Source: an uncultured Eubacteriales bacterium
GTDB lineage: Bacteria > Acidobacteriota > Aminicenantia > Aminicenantales > Aminicenantaceae
Direction: 5' to 3'
Assembly: GCA_964606185.1 (NCBI GenBank)
Contig: CAZSGR010000002.1
Location: 1-43,393, forward strand
Length of the DNA: 43,393 bases
Shown here: positions 16,953-26,900 of the stretch, piece by piece
How positions within the stretch are numbered: position 1 is the first letter of the stretch
Layout of the letters: each line of letters opens with the position of its first letter
Program-made: the position numbers and the translations under genes
Notes under the pieces: generated by a model
The model's input: only the letters and a program-made list of their open reading frames with translations
Databases searched by the model: none
Told to the model about the DNA's origin: nothing

Positions 16953-18980
16953 ATGAAAAAAACGACAGTGCAATTGATAATTTTTTGTTTGTTCCTATTC
17001 AGTCTGGGGTTGGGGATATCATTCAGTGGACAGGAAAACTATAAGCTGTTAACGAAAGAAACCTACATGGAAATGGAGTCAGTCGGGAGCCCGAACATAT
17101 CGCCTGATGGAAAGCAGATCCTTTTCACCCGAAGATGGGTAGATAAAATGAATGACCGCACCAGAAGCAATCTCTGGATTGTGGATGTAGAGGGTCAAAG
17201 AATTCGTGAGCTCACGCACGGAGACTGGAGGGATTCTTCTCCTGTCTGGTCACCTGATGGAATAAAGATCGCTTTTCTGTCTGATAGAGACGGGACCACG
17301 CAGATTCATGTGATGTGGCTGGACACACGCGAAGTGGCTCAGCTGACTCATCTTGAACGCTCTCCTGGAAGCCTGACGTGGTCTCCTGGAGGAAAGCAGC
17401 TTGCCTTCACGATTTTTATCCCGGATACGAAGCCTTTATTATCTGTGAAGCTCCCCCAGAAACCAAGAGGGGCGAAATGGGCCGCACCCGCTGTGATCGT
17501 TGACCGCCTATCCTGGGCTAGGGACGGCCGGGGATACCAGCCTGAGGGATTCACACATATCTTTGTGATTGATGCTGAGCTGGGAGGGACGCCGCGTCAG
17601 ATCACGTCGGGTGATTATTCTCACAGCGGTTCCGAGTGGTCTGCTGACGGGAAGAAAATATTTTTTAGCGCTATCCGCAAACCGGATGCAGAATATCTGC
17701 GCGGTGATTCTGAGATCTATTCAGTTGACCTCGCTACGCTTGAAATCAAGGCGCTTACAGACAGAGAAGGCCCTGACCGCGGCGCGCGCGTTTCGCCGGA
17801 TGGGAGATGGATCGCCTACACAGGATTCAATGACAAAAATTTCACAAGCCATCTGTCCAGCTTGTATCTCATGGACGATACCGGATCTAGAAAGCGAGTT
17901 CTTGCCGTGAACCTTCCCAATTCACCGTCAAGCGTTATCTGGGCTCCGGACAGCTCCGGACTCTATTACCTCATGGGGGAAAAGGGAGAATCCAACCTTT
18001 ACTTCATCTCTCTCAATCGAAAGTTTCAAAAGATCACCGAGGGTGTCCATTATTTATCCGGACTTTCGATGGCAGAAAACGGGCAGGTGGCCACCACTCT
18101 TTCGACTTTTACCAAACCGGGCAACCTGGTGACATTCAACTTGCGGAATCCGAGGAACATCAGAAAGCTTGTGGATGTCAACGAAGATGTCCTGGCGAAC
18201 GTGAAGCTCGGTGATGTCGAAGAATTGCGGTTCAAGTCTCCTGATGGGCTGGACCTGCAGGGTTGGCTTGTCAAACCAGCCGAGTTCAAACCGGGAGAGA
18301 AATATCCGATGGTCCTGTATATCCATGGCGGACCCTGGGCCATGTATACAGTAAGGTTCAGTTGGCCGTGGCAGAATTTTGCTGCAAGCGGCTATGCTGT
18401 TCTGTACATGAATCCTAGAGGAAGCACGGGCTACGGCCAGGATTTTGTGAATGGAATTCAGTTTTCCTACCCAGGGAAGGATTATGATGACCTGATGGCT
18501 GGCGTGGATGCAGCGATTGCCAAGGGATTCATCGACGAGAAAAATTTGTTTGTTTGCGGAGGAAGTGGCGGTGGAGTCCTGACGGCCTGGATTGTGGGGC
18601 ATACAAACCGCTTCAGGGCTGCCGTATCGATGCGGCCGGTGATCAACTGGCATTCCTTTGTGGGAACGACCGATGGTTCCGGATGGTACCGCCAGTTTCA
18701 GAAATATCCCTGGGAAGACCCGATGGAGTACGCCGTTCGTTCGCCTCTTCATTATGTGGGAAATGTGACCACCCCGACCATGGTCATGACAGGAGAGGCA
18801 GACTTGAGGACTCCTATGGGTCAGAGCGAAGAATATTACAGAGCGTTGAAGATGCTCAAAAAGGATACATTACTGGTGCGGATGCCCGAGGAATACCATG
18901 GATGGAGGCGTCCCTCGCACAGGCTTCTCCAGCAGCTTTATCTCATGGCCTGGTTCGAGAAGCACCGCGTGAAATCCTGA
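16953..18980 (+). CDS. S9-family serine peptidase (prolyl oligopeptidase / acylaminoacyl-peptidase type) with TolB-like beta-propeller
   Basis: AAGGAGG RBS. Signal peptide. Repeated SPDG PD40-type blades. GGSGGG nucleophile elbow. Candidate Asp (GEADLRTP) and His (EEYHGW). Confidence 0.9.
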   Translation: MKKTTVQLIIFCLFLFSLGLGISFSGQENYKLLTKETYMEMESVGSPNISPDGKQILFTRRWVDKMNDRTRSNLWIVDVEGQRIRELTHGDWRDSSPVWSPDGIKIAFLSDRDGTTQIHVMWLDTREVAQLTHLERSPGSLTWSPGGKQLAFTIFIPDTKPLLSVKLPQKPRGAKWAAPAVIVDRLSWARDGRGYQPEGFTHIFVIDAELGGTPRQITSGDYSHSGSEWSADGKKIFFSAIRKPDAEYLRGDSEIYSVDLATLEIKALTDREGPDRGARVSPDGRWIAYTGFNDKNFTSHLSSLYLMDDTGSRKRVLAVNLPNSPSSVIWAPDSSGLYYLMGEKGESNLYFISLNRKFQKITEGVHYLSGLSMAENGQVATTLSTFTKPGNLVTFNLRNPRNIRKLVDVNEDVLANVKLGDVEELRFKSPDGLDLQGWLVKPAEFKPGEKYPMVLYIHGGPWAMYTVRFSWPWQNFAASGYAVLYMNPRGSTGYGQDFVNGIQFSYPGKDYDDLMAGVDAAIAKGFIDEKNLFVCGGSGGGVLTAWIVGHTNRFRAAVSMRPVINWHSFVGTTDGSGWYRQFQKYPWEDPMEYAVRSPLHYVGNVTTPTMVMTGEADLRTPMGQSEEYYRALKMLKKDTLLVRMPEEYHGWRRPSHRLLQQLYLMAWFEKHRVKS

Positions 18981-19110
18981 TCCGTAAATAGACAGGACGA
19001 GTAAGAGAACACGAAACCAGCCTGATATTTGGCCTGAAGCATCACCCTCAAAAAAGTAAAAATATTTACAGTGCGATAAGTAACCTGTTTGATGGAAAAG
19101 GTGGTTTGAG

Positions 19111-20307
19111 ATGAAAATTCTAGATCAGCTCAACACGAGGCTGGCCCGCACGTTCATAAAAGATTTTGATGATACTGACAACCAGACTGTACGCGTCCAG
19201 CATGGCATTCTGGCAGGCTGGGTCTCCATTTTCGCCATCCTGCTCCTGTTTGTGCTGAAGATGGGGCTCGGTATAATGGCCGACTCCATATCAGTCGTTG
19301 CCAATGCGTTTCATCTACTCTCGCATCTGGTCAATTCTGTAATCCTTGTCGTCAGTTTCCGGTTAGCCGGCCGTCCGGCCACTGCCAAAACTCCTTTCGG
19401 ACACGGAAGGATGGAACATGTTGTGCCCCTGATTATGGCCATCTTCCTTTTTGTCTCAGGGATTCAGATAGGGGAGAATTCTGTGCACCAAACTCTCGAG
19501 CCTCATGAAGTGCATTACTGGAATGCCTTGCCGTGGATTCTCTTCGCTACAATCATAGTCAAACAGTGGCTGACTCGGTTTGTCCGCCTTTTGGGGAAAA
19601 GGATCAATTCCCATGCCATCATGACAACCGCTGCCCACCACAATATTGAAGCCGTGATTTCTGTAACGGTTATTGCAGGATTGGTGGCGGGGCACTATTT
19701 TCACCGTCCTGAAGTGGATGGCTATATTGGGATAGTTGTCTCTATCTGGTTGTTCTATCTTGGCTTTACGCACGGCAGGGAAGCCGTCGTTCCACTCCTG
19801 GGCCAGGCGCCGAGCCGGGAGATGCTGCAGAAGATTAGAGAGACAGCCAAGTCAACCGAAGGAGTTGAGGATGTCCATGAGATTATCGTCCACAACTATG
19901 GATCACTCAACACGCTCTCTATGCATGTGGAAATACCGGAGAAATACGGGCCAGCAGAGATGCATGAGATCGCTGAGAGCTGTGAATGGAAGCTGCGGAA
20001 GAAATTCGGTGGTGAGGTTGTCTGTCATACCGATCCCCTCATGGAAAAGACTCCAGAGATTATGGCCATAGAAGACCAATTTAATAAAGTTCTGGCAAGC
20101 TTTGCTGTGGTTATCGACTACCATGACTTTCGTGTGGTGGCCGCGTCTCGCGAAAAAATCGTACTCGTGGCGGATATCGATGTCAGTGAGGATGTACCTG
20201 AATCCGAGTTTGAAACGATTGCAAAAGAATTGGAGGAGAGATGCAAGGAAGAAATTCCGAATATCGAGTACTGCAAGTTTTATATAACTCCTAAGTATGC
20301 GTATTGA
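19111..20307 (+). CDS. cation diffusion facilitator family transporter with an extra C-terminal domain
   Basis: 398 aa. Six TM helices. ADSISVVANAFHLLSH (TM2) and AAHHNIEA (TM5) at the CDF metal-site positions. Two consecutive cytoplasmic ferredoxin-like segments. Confidence 0.85.
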   Translation: MKILDQLNTRLARTFIKDFDDTDNQTVRVQHGILAGWVSIFAILLLFVLKMGLGIMADSISVVANAFHLLSHLVNSVILVVSFRLAGRPATAKTPFGHGRMEHVVPLIMAIFLFVSGIQIGENSVHQTLEPHEVHYWNALPWILFATIIVKQWLTRFVRLLGKRINSHAIMTTAAHHNIEAVISVTVIAGLVAGHYFHRPEVDGYIGIVVSIWLFYLGFTHGREAVVPLLGQAPSREMLQKIRETAKSTEGVEDVHEIIVHNYGSLNTLSMHVEIPEKYGPAEMHEIAESCEWKLRKKFGGEVVCHTDPLMEKTPEIMAIEDQFNKVLASFAVVIDYHDFRVVAASREKIVLVADIDVSEDVPESEFETIAKELEERCKEEIPNIEYCKFYITPKYAY

Positions 20308-20330
20308 GTTCTGATGAAGAGGTCATGAAG

Positions 20331-20354
20331 AAAAAGGGGCCTGTCCTCTTTTTT
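20331..20354 (+). terminator. family B hairpin acting as a likely intrinsic terminator
   Basis: AAAAAGGGG-cctgt-CCTCTTTTT(T); one G.U pair. Lies 24 nt after the CDF stop. A-run and T-run allow bidirectional function. Confidence 0.55.
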
Positions 20355-20443
20355 ATAATTCAGGTTAAGTGATTTCAGCCCAATGAGCCTGGTGATTCGA
20401 GTCCAATTAGATTTAATTTTCCTTTATCAATGTAGGAGGAACA

Positions 20444-21334
20444 ATGAGAATAATCAAAGAGCTAAAAAAGGGTTTCTTAATTTTCTTTGCGTTTTTTGTT
20501 TTTGTGATTGCCGTCCAGGCATCTGATGTTGGCCCCTCGAATGGCTACCTGGTCATAGTCGGAGGGGCCATGCGTGATCCCGCTATTTTCGCCCGGTTCA
20601 TTGATCTGGCTGGCGGTCCGGACGCTCCAATCGTCATTATTCCCACAGCCGGTGCGGGAGAGAACTATGATCAATACTGGCGTGGATTGAGGAGATACAG
20701 AGAGGCTGGAGCAGAAAATCTGACAGTTGTGCATACAAGGGACTGCGCCGTGGCTGATTCGGAAGAATTTGTCCTTCCGATTCAAAAAGCCCGTGGCGTC
20801 TTTTTTACAGGGGGCCGTCAGTGGCGCCTGGCTGATTCCTATCTTAACACCCGAACTCACAAAGAACTCCTGGCTTTGCTGGACCGAGGAGGTGTGATCG
20901 GCGGCTCTTCTGCAGGGGCCACGATCCAAGGGTCATTTTTGGTCCGGGGGGATACAAAAGGGAACATGACCATGGTCGGTGATCATGTTGAAGGATTAGG
21001 CTTTCTGAAAAATGTGGGAATCGATCAGCATCTTTTAAAGCGTAATCGCCAGTTTGACATGATCGAAGTCATTGAAAAATACCCCAAATTACTGGGAATC
21101 GGGATTGATGAAGATACGGCCATAGTGGTCCATGGAGACAGGTTTGAAGTGATCGGCCAGGGCTATGTGGCCATTTATGATCAGAATAAGCTTATCCCGC
21201 CCAGCGGACAGTTCTATTTTCTGGCTCCGGGTGACCGCTTTGACCTTAAAAAGCGGGAAGCTTTGAGGCCTTCGCAGACGATGAGGCCCCTTGAACGCGT
21301 GAAAACAGGAAAATGGCATAAGAAGAAAAAATAA
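20444..21334 (+). CDS. cyanophycinase-like S51 peptidase with signal peptide
   Basis: AGGAGGA RBS. YLVIVGGA...IIPTAG...FFTGGRQ...IGGSSAGA (Ser nucleophile)...GIDQH motifs. Confidence 0.8.
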   Translation: MRIIKELKKGFLIFFAFFVFVIAVQASDVGPSNGYLVIVGGAMRDPAIFARFIDLAGGPDAPIVIIPTAGAGENYDQYWRGLRRYREAGAENLTVVHTRDCAVADSEEFVLPIQKARGVFFTGGRQWRLADSYLNTRTHKELLALLDRGGVIGGSSAGATIQGSFLVRGDTKGNMTMVGDHVEGLGFLKNVGIDQHLLKRNRQFDMIEVIEKYPKLLGIGIDEDTAIVVHGDRFEVIGQGYVAIYDQNKLIPPSGQFYFLAPGDRFDLKKREALRPSQTMRPLERVKTGKWHKKKK

Positions 21335-21352
21335 TAATCCAAAGATAAAAAC

Positions 21353-21856
21353 ATGAAACATCGTGGCAAAACATACTGGCGGAGAAAACGAAATAAGCTT
21401 TTAAAAAAGCATGTTATTCCCAAAGGAAAGGTATTAGATGTGGGCAGTGGATGGAGGATCCATTACAAGAATGCAGTTCGACTCGATATAAATCCGGATT
21501 ATAATCCTGATGTGGTTGCGGACATCCAAAAGGGAACTGATTTTCCAGACAACCACTTCGATACTGTTTTAATGTTTGATGTGCTCGAACATCTTGAATA
21601 TCCGCACAAAGCAGTCGAAGAAATGAAAAGAGTGCTCAAGCCCGGTGGGACGATTTATTTAACAGTGCCCTTCTGTTTTCCTCGGCATGGGGTGGAATAT
21701 TACAGGTTCAGTGACCTTGTTCTGAAAAAAATGCTCGATGGCTTCGAAGTCCAGATTATCCCAGTTGAGAAGAGTAAATTCTGGAATCTTGTCTGGAATT
21801 ATTATATGCATGATACAATCGTTGAGGGTTATTTTGTAGAGGGAAAGAAAGTATAA
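21353..21856 (+). CDS. class I SAM-dependent methyltransferase (Methyltransf_11-like)
   Basis: VLDVGSGW motif I, FDTVLMFDVLEHL, LKPGGTIYLTVP. Confidence 0.75.
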   Translation: MKHRGKTYWRRKRNKLLKKHVIPKGKVLDVGSGWRIHYKNAVRLDINPDYNPDVVADIQKGTDFPDNHFDTVLMFDVLEHLEYPHKAVEEMKRVLKPGGTIYLTVPFCFPRHGVEYYRFSDLVLKKMLDGFEVQIIPVEKSKFWNLVWNYYMHDTIVEGYFVEGKKV

Positions 21857-22122
21857 ATCTTCTTTTTTTCTGATTATTGAATATAGAAAATAAATTTTTC
21901 AACATGTTCACGAATGGGTTTTATTATAAGTAGAGTTGCTGATATGAGGAAAATTGCGATGAAGGTAATGACTATTCCAAGAATTCGAGCGATGATTTTG
22001 GACTCAATTATTTTAAAATAACATCAAACTGATTTTATTTATATTATAAAGTCAATCATTTGAATTCTCTCCTTGAATTTGACTCTTTATATACGAGTTG
22101 TTATTCTTTTTCAGCAGAGTGA

Positions 22123-23703
22123 ATGGGATCAATGAGTATAAAATGCCCTCAATGTCAATTTGAAAATCTCGAGGATAGCCATTTCTGTGGCAAATGTGCA
22201 ACACCTCTTCTTTCGCCCGAAGAGATTTCTGCTTCTCCCACAAAAACTCTTGAGACGCCTATATCCGGACTTACCAGAACGAGCACTTTTGCTCAGAGGT
22301 ATGAAGTCATAGAAGAACTGGATAAAGGGGGGATGGGGAAGATTTACAGGGTATTCGACAATAAGATTGAACAGGAAATTGCCTTGAAGCTTTTAAGACC
22401 TGAGATTGCAGCAGATAGTGATACTATCACACGATTTAAAAATGAGCTGAAATTGGCCCGAAATATTGCGCACAGGAATGTCTGTCGCATGTTTGACCTC
22501 GGAGTAGAAGGAAACGCATACTACATTACGATGGAATACATCCCAGGTGAGAATCTGAAAAGCTCGATTAGAAGAATGGAGAGGTTGACTGTTAAAAAAG
22601 CCATTTCCATAGCCAAGCAGGTTTGTGAAGGATTATCGGAAGCACACAGGTTAGGCGTTGTCCATCGTGATTTGAAGCCAGGAAACATCATGATAGACAG
22701 CGAAGGAAACGCACGTATTTTAGATTTTGGAATAGCCCGTTCTCTCAGGTCCAAAGGAATGACTGGTGAAGGAACGATGATCGGGACACCGGAATACATG
22801 TCTCCCGAGCAGGTGGACGGAGAAGAAGCAGATCATCGTTCGGATATTTATTCGCTGGGTGTAATCCTTTATGAGATGGTAACAGGAAGAGTTCCGTTTA
22901 AAGGAGATACTCCCATCAGCGTGGCTGTGAAGCATAAATTGGAAACTCCTCCAGAACCAATAAATGATAATCCGCAAATTCCGGAAGACCTTAATCACAT
23001 GATTATGAAATGTCTGGATAAAGATAAAGAAAATAGGTATCAAAACGTTGATGAACTTTTTTCTGAATTAGTAAAGATTGAAAAGGGCATTCCAATTTCA
23101 GAAATCGTTAAGCCAAAGAAAAAGCGAAAACTCGAGAAACGAGATGGTATCCAGTGGAAAAAGACTTTAATTCGGGCGGCTGCGATCGCCAGCGTTTTTA
23201 TTGTTCTTTTGATTGTTCTTCTCCTCTGGTTTGGACAAAATTATATAGGGCCATTTGGGATCCAAAATACCATAAACTCAATGGCTGTGCTTCCATTAAA
23301 AAATCTTACAGGGAAAACGGAGTTGGATTCTTTTGCTGATAGGATGACCGAGGCACTGATTAATGGGCTGGCAAACACTGGGACATTTCGTCGTATTCCA
23401 CCAAGAACATCAGTGATGCAGTATAAAGCCGCGCCTAAACGAATAACCGAAATATCCAGGGAATTGGATGTGGAAGCAGTCATAGAATGGACAATGGTTT
23501 TGGATAAGGACCGACTTCTAATCAGTTTGAAGTTAATAGAGGGAAAAAGAGAACAGACTGTGTGGAATAAAATTTGTGCGCTTGATATGCAGGAAAATTT
23601 ATCCATGGGTGTAGTAAGGGCACCTGCCGAGACTGGTGAACTTGCCGACACTATTGTTAAGGATATAATTGCTCATATAACTGCCAAGGATATGTCTCCT
23701 TAG
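22123..23703 (+). CDS. Ser/Thr protein kinase with N-terminal zinc ribbon, TM helix and TolB-N-like periplasmic domain
   Basis: CPQCQFEN...CGKC. HRDLKPGNIM, DFG and SPEQ motifs. TM AAIASVFIVLLIVLLLWF. MAVLPLKNLTG...FADRMTEALI is typical of the periplasmic module that normally precedes TPRs. Confidence 0.9.
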   Translation: MGSMSIKCPQCQFENLEDSHFCGKCATPLLSPEEISASPTKTLETPISGLTRTSTFAQRYEVIEELDKGGMGKIYRVFDNKIEQEIALKLLRPEIAADSDTITRFKNELKLARNIAHRNVCRMFDLGVEGNAYYITMEYIPGENLKSSIRRMERLTVKKAISIAKQVCEGLSEAHRLGVVHRDLKPGNIMIDSEGNARILDFGIARSLRSKGMTGEGTMIGTPEYMSPEQVDGEEADHRSDIYSLGVILYEMVTGRVPFKGDTPISVAVKHKLETPPEPINDNPQIPEDLNHMIMKCLDKDKENRYQNVDELFSELVKIEKGIPISEIVKPKKKRKLEKRDGIQWKKTLIRAAAIASVFIVLLIVLLLWFGQNYIGPFGIQNTINSMAVLPLKNLTGKTELDSFADRMTEALINGLANTGTFRRIPPRTSVMQYKAAPKRITEISRELDVEAVIEWTMVLDKDRLLISLKLIEGKREQTVWNKICALDMQENLSMGVVRAPAETGELADTIVKDIIAHITAKDMSP

Positions 23704-23795
23704 AGTTAGTCTTCGATTTGAGAACGCCTCGGAGGATATGCGGTTCAAGGAAATGCTGAAGAAAGTGGGGTTGGAAGGTTAGACTGACTTTGTTC

Positions 23796-23821
23796 AGATA
23801 GATAGATCAGATAGATAGATT
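23796..23821. repeat. direct duplication of a (GATA)3 tract: AGATAGATAGATC AGATAGATAGATT
   Basis: Two 13-nt copies at 23796-23808 and 23809-23821. The second copy overlaps the first two bases of the TTGACA box. Confidence 0.7.
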
Positions 23822-23848
23822 GACACCTCTTTTTTTCTGTGTTATTAA
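23820..23848 (+). promoter_or_regulatory. candidate sigma70 promoter TTGACA-17-TATTAA
   Basis: Hexamers at 23820-23825 and 23843-23848. 58 nt upstream of the tricorn-like gene. AGGAG RBS at 23896-23900. Confidence 0.4.
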
Positions 23849-23906
23849 ACCATTTTCTATGTTTAGTCTTTCATCTCAGCATTTAATTTCTCATTAGGAG
23901 CATATC

Positions 23907-26900
23907 ATGAAACGAACTAGTCTATCTTTGTTTTTGGGATTTTTGGCCTTTGTCATGATGGTTACTTATTCTGGCGCAGCCGAAAAGCAGCTCATCGGAG
24001 CGCGCTATCCGGCCATCTCTCCGGATGGAAGGCAGATCGCCTTTTCTTACATGGGAGACCTCTGGCTGGTGTCTTCGCAAGGCGGGAAAGCGACTCGCTT
24101 GACCGATCATGTGGCTTATGAGCGGGAGCCGATCTGGTCACCGGATGGACAATGGTTGGCCTTCACTTCGAACCGAAGTGGGAACAACGACGTGTACATT
24201 ATGAAATCACAGGGAGGAATCCCGAAGCAGCTTACTTTTCACGGCAGCAATGACACAGCGACTGATTTTACTCCGGATGGAAAGTGGGTAGTCTTCACAT
24301 CGAGCCGCTCATCTTCATCCAGTATCTTCAAAATCAGCATAAACGGAGGCAATGCTCTGCCTTTGCTGGACACCTACTGGAGCTGGCCGCATAAAGCGAG
24401 AATCAGCCCTGATGGAAAAACCGTTCTGTTTTCTCTGGGAATGGAGAATAGCTACGTGTGGCGGAGGGGTTACCGCGGGAGCAACACTGCGAAAATGTGG
24501 ACAAAGGGGATCTCAGAGAAGATGGCGAAAGCTGTTTTCGGAGATGAGAGCAATTGTTTTTGGCCGGAGTGGAGCGAAGACGGCCAGCGTGTCTATTTTA
24601 TCAGCGACAGACAGTTCAACAACAAGAATATCTGGAGCGTTGCACCGGATGGTTCCGGTTTGAAGCCCATCACAACTTTCCGCCAGGAAGATGTCAAATG
24701 GTTATCTGTGGCAGGTCGTGCACCTCTGGCTGCGTACGAGCGGGAGTTCGGTATCTGGATCACAGACCTCAATACCGGAGATTCTCGAAGTGTCTCTATC
24801 GAAGCGCCAACAGAGACCAAGGAGAACCGATTCTTTTTCGTGAATAATGCTTCTGTCAGCCAGTACCGGATTTCACCGGACGGAAAAAAAATCGCGGCTG
24901 TGGTGCGGGGAGACATTTTTGTGCTCTCTACCGAAGGTGAATATGCCCGGAACATCACCAACACGCCCTGGCGAGAAAGAGACGTCGACTGGGACAAAGA
25001 GAGCAAAAATCTTGTCTATGTCTCGGATGTGGACGCCAACCCTGAACTCTACATGATCTCTGCTCTCGGCAATTCAAATCCCAAGCGTTTGACAAAGAGC
25101 GAGGAAGATGAGCTTTCACCTCGCTTTTCTCCGGATGGAAAATGGATCGCTTACTACAGGGGGAAACGTCAGATTCGTCTGATGCAACCGGACGGGAAAG
25201 AAGACCGCTTGCTCATCGAAGACGATTTTGGCGGCCGCTTTGCGGAGAGTTTTTCCTGGTCTCCTGACTCGCGTTTTATTGCCGTAGTGCCTACTAAAAA
25301 CGCAAACTCAGATATATTTGCGGTTGATGTGCAGTCAGGAGAGAAATTTCCGTTAACGAATACCGCGTATGATGAAAGTGACCCACACTGGTCTTCGAAT
25401 GGAAAATTCATGCTGTTCTCATCCAATCGTTTCGGGCACAGCTTTCCTGAGTTCACAGGAAAATGGGATATCTATCAGGTCCATTTAGAACCGAAGAAGC
25501 CAGATTTTAAAGAGGATGAGTTTGAGAAACTGTTTAAAACCGAGGATAAAGAAAAGAAGGAGAAACCTGAGAAAAAAGAGGATGAAAAGGAGAAGGTTAA
25601 AGTCCAGTTTAACCTCAAAGATATCGACCGTCAGACCGAGACAGTCACCAACACGCTGGGCAATGACAATTTGTTTATTCTCTCGCCGAAAGACAATGAA
25701 ACCGTTTATTTTCGGTCCAATATTGACGGCAAAAATCATCTCTGGAAAACAAGTTTAAAAGAAAAAGAGAGGGGAGAATACGAGTCCTTTATGCCTCAAG
25801 TTCAGTATCCTGCTTCGCTCCAGTTTGATGAGGGAGGAAAATACCTTTACTATTTGAGCCGGGGAAGAATCGGACAGATCGATGTGAACAGCAAGAAGAA
25901 TAAGTCGATCTCCTTTAGTACTAAAATCAGCGTCGATAAGATCGCCGATTACGAGCAGGCACTCGGGGAACTTTACTATACACTGCAGCACTATTACTAT
26001 GATTCTGAGCACCACAAAGTGGATTGGAAAGGATTATACGAACATTACAGGCCTGTGCTCCAGCAGGTGCGGGAAGACCAGGATTTTTATGACTATGCCA
26101 ACGAGATGATCGGTCATTTGAACTCCTCACATACCGGAATCAGTGGACCACGCGGGATCAGAACCGAAGAGCCGAGCGCTCATGTGGGAGCCGTCTTTGA
26201 GTTCACGGACAAAAAAGTCACACTGAAACGGATCATCAAGGATGGACCCCTTTATGACCGGAAGGGGAGTGTAGCTGTTGGAGATGAGCTCGTCGCCATT
26301 AACGGAAAAACCGTCGAACCAAAGAAGAATATATGGACATATTTCAACGGCATGCTCGGGAAACGCGTGACGCTCACATTTAAAAGCCAAAAATTGAAAA
26401 AGAATATCGACGTCTCGATGAGACCCATATCTTCTGGAGCTGAAAACCGGCTGATTTTGGAAGAGTGGATTGCGAGCCGGCGGGAGATTGTCAAACAGAA
26501 GACGGGCGATAATGTGGCGTATATCTACATGCGCGCCATGGGCCGGGGAGACCTGAACCGGTTTCTCAAGGAGCTGGAGAGGGATGCAGTTCCGCGGAAA
26601 GGCCTGATCCTGGATTTGAGGTTCAATTTCGGAGGTAATGTACATGACCGCGTGCTTCAGGCTTTGACTAAACCTGTCTATTCCAAGTGGCGCGTTCGGG
26701 GATTATCCGAAACGTCCCAATCGACATTCGGAGTGACTGATAAGCCAGTCGTTCTTTTGATCAACGAGATCACTCTCAGTGACGGGGAGATGACATCCAA
26801 CGGTTTCAAAGCTCTGAAAAGAGGCCCGATTATCGGGAATACGACTTACGGATGGCTGATTTTTACTACTGGAGCCGGATTAATGAACGGCGGATACTTC

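Noticed and set aside
21874-22023. Minus-strand open frame encoding a TM-like peptide (IIARILGIVITFIAIFLISATLLII...)
   Set aside because: There is no ATG/GTG/TTG start in frame after the upstream TGA, and no RBS. It is likely AT-rich intergenic noise or a decayed small gene.
25488-25604. K/E-rich low-complexity stretch (KEDEFEKLFKTEDKEKKEKPEKKEDEKEKVK) inside the tricorn-like gene
   Set aside because: It is in frame and flanked by conserved propeller sequence, so it is most simply a charged inter-domain linker. The purine-rich DNA also explains antisense ORFs 25485-25739 and 25516-25758.
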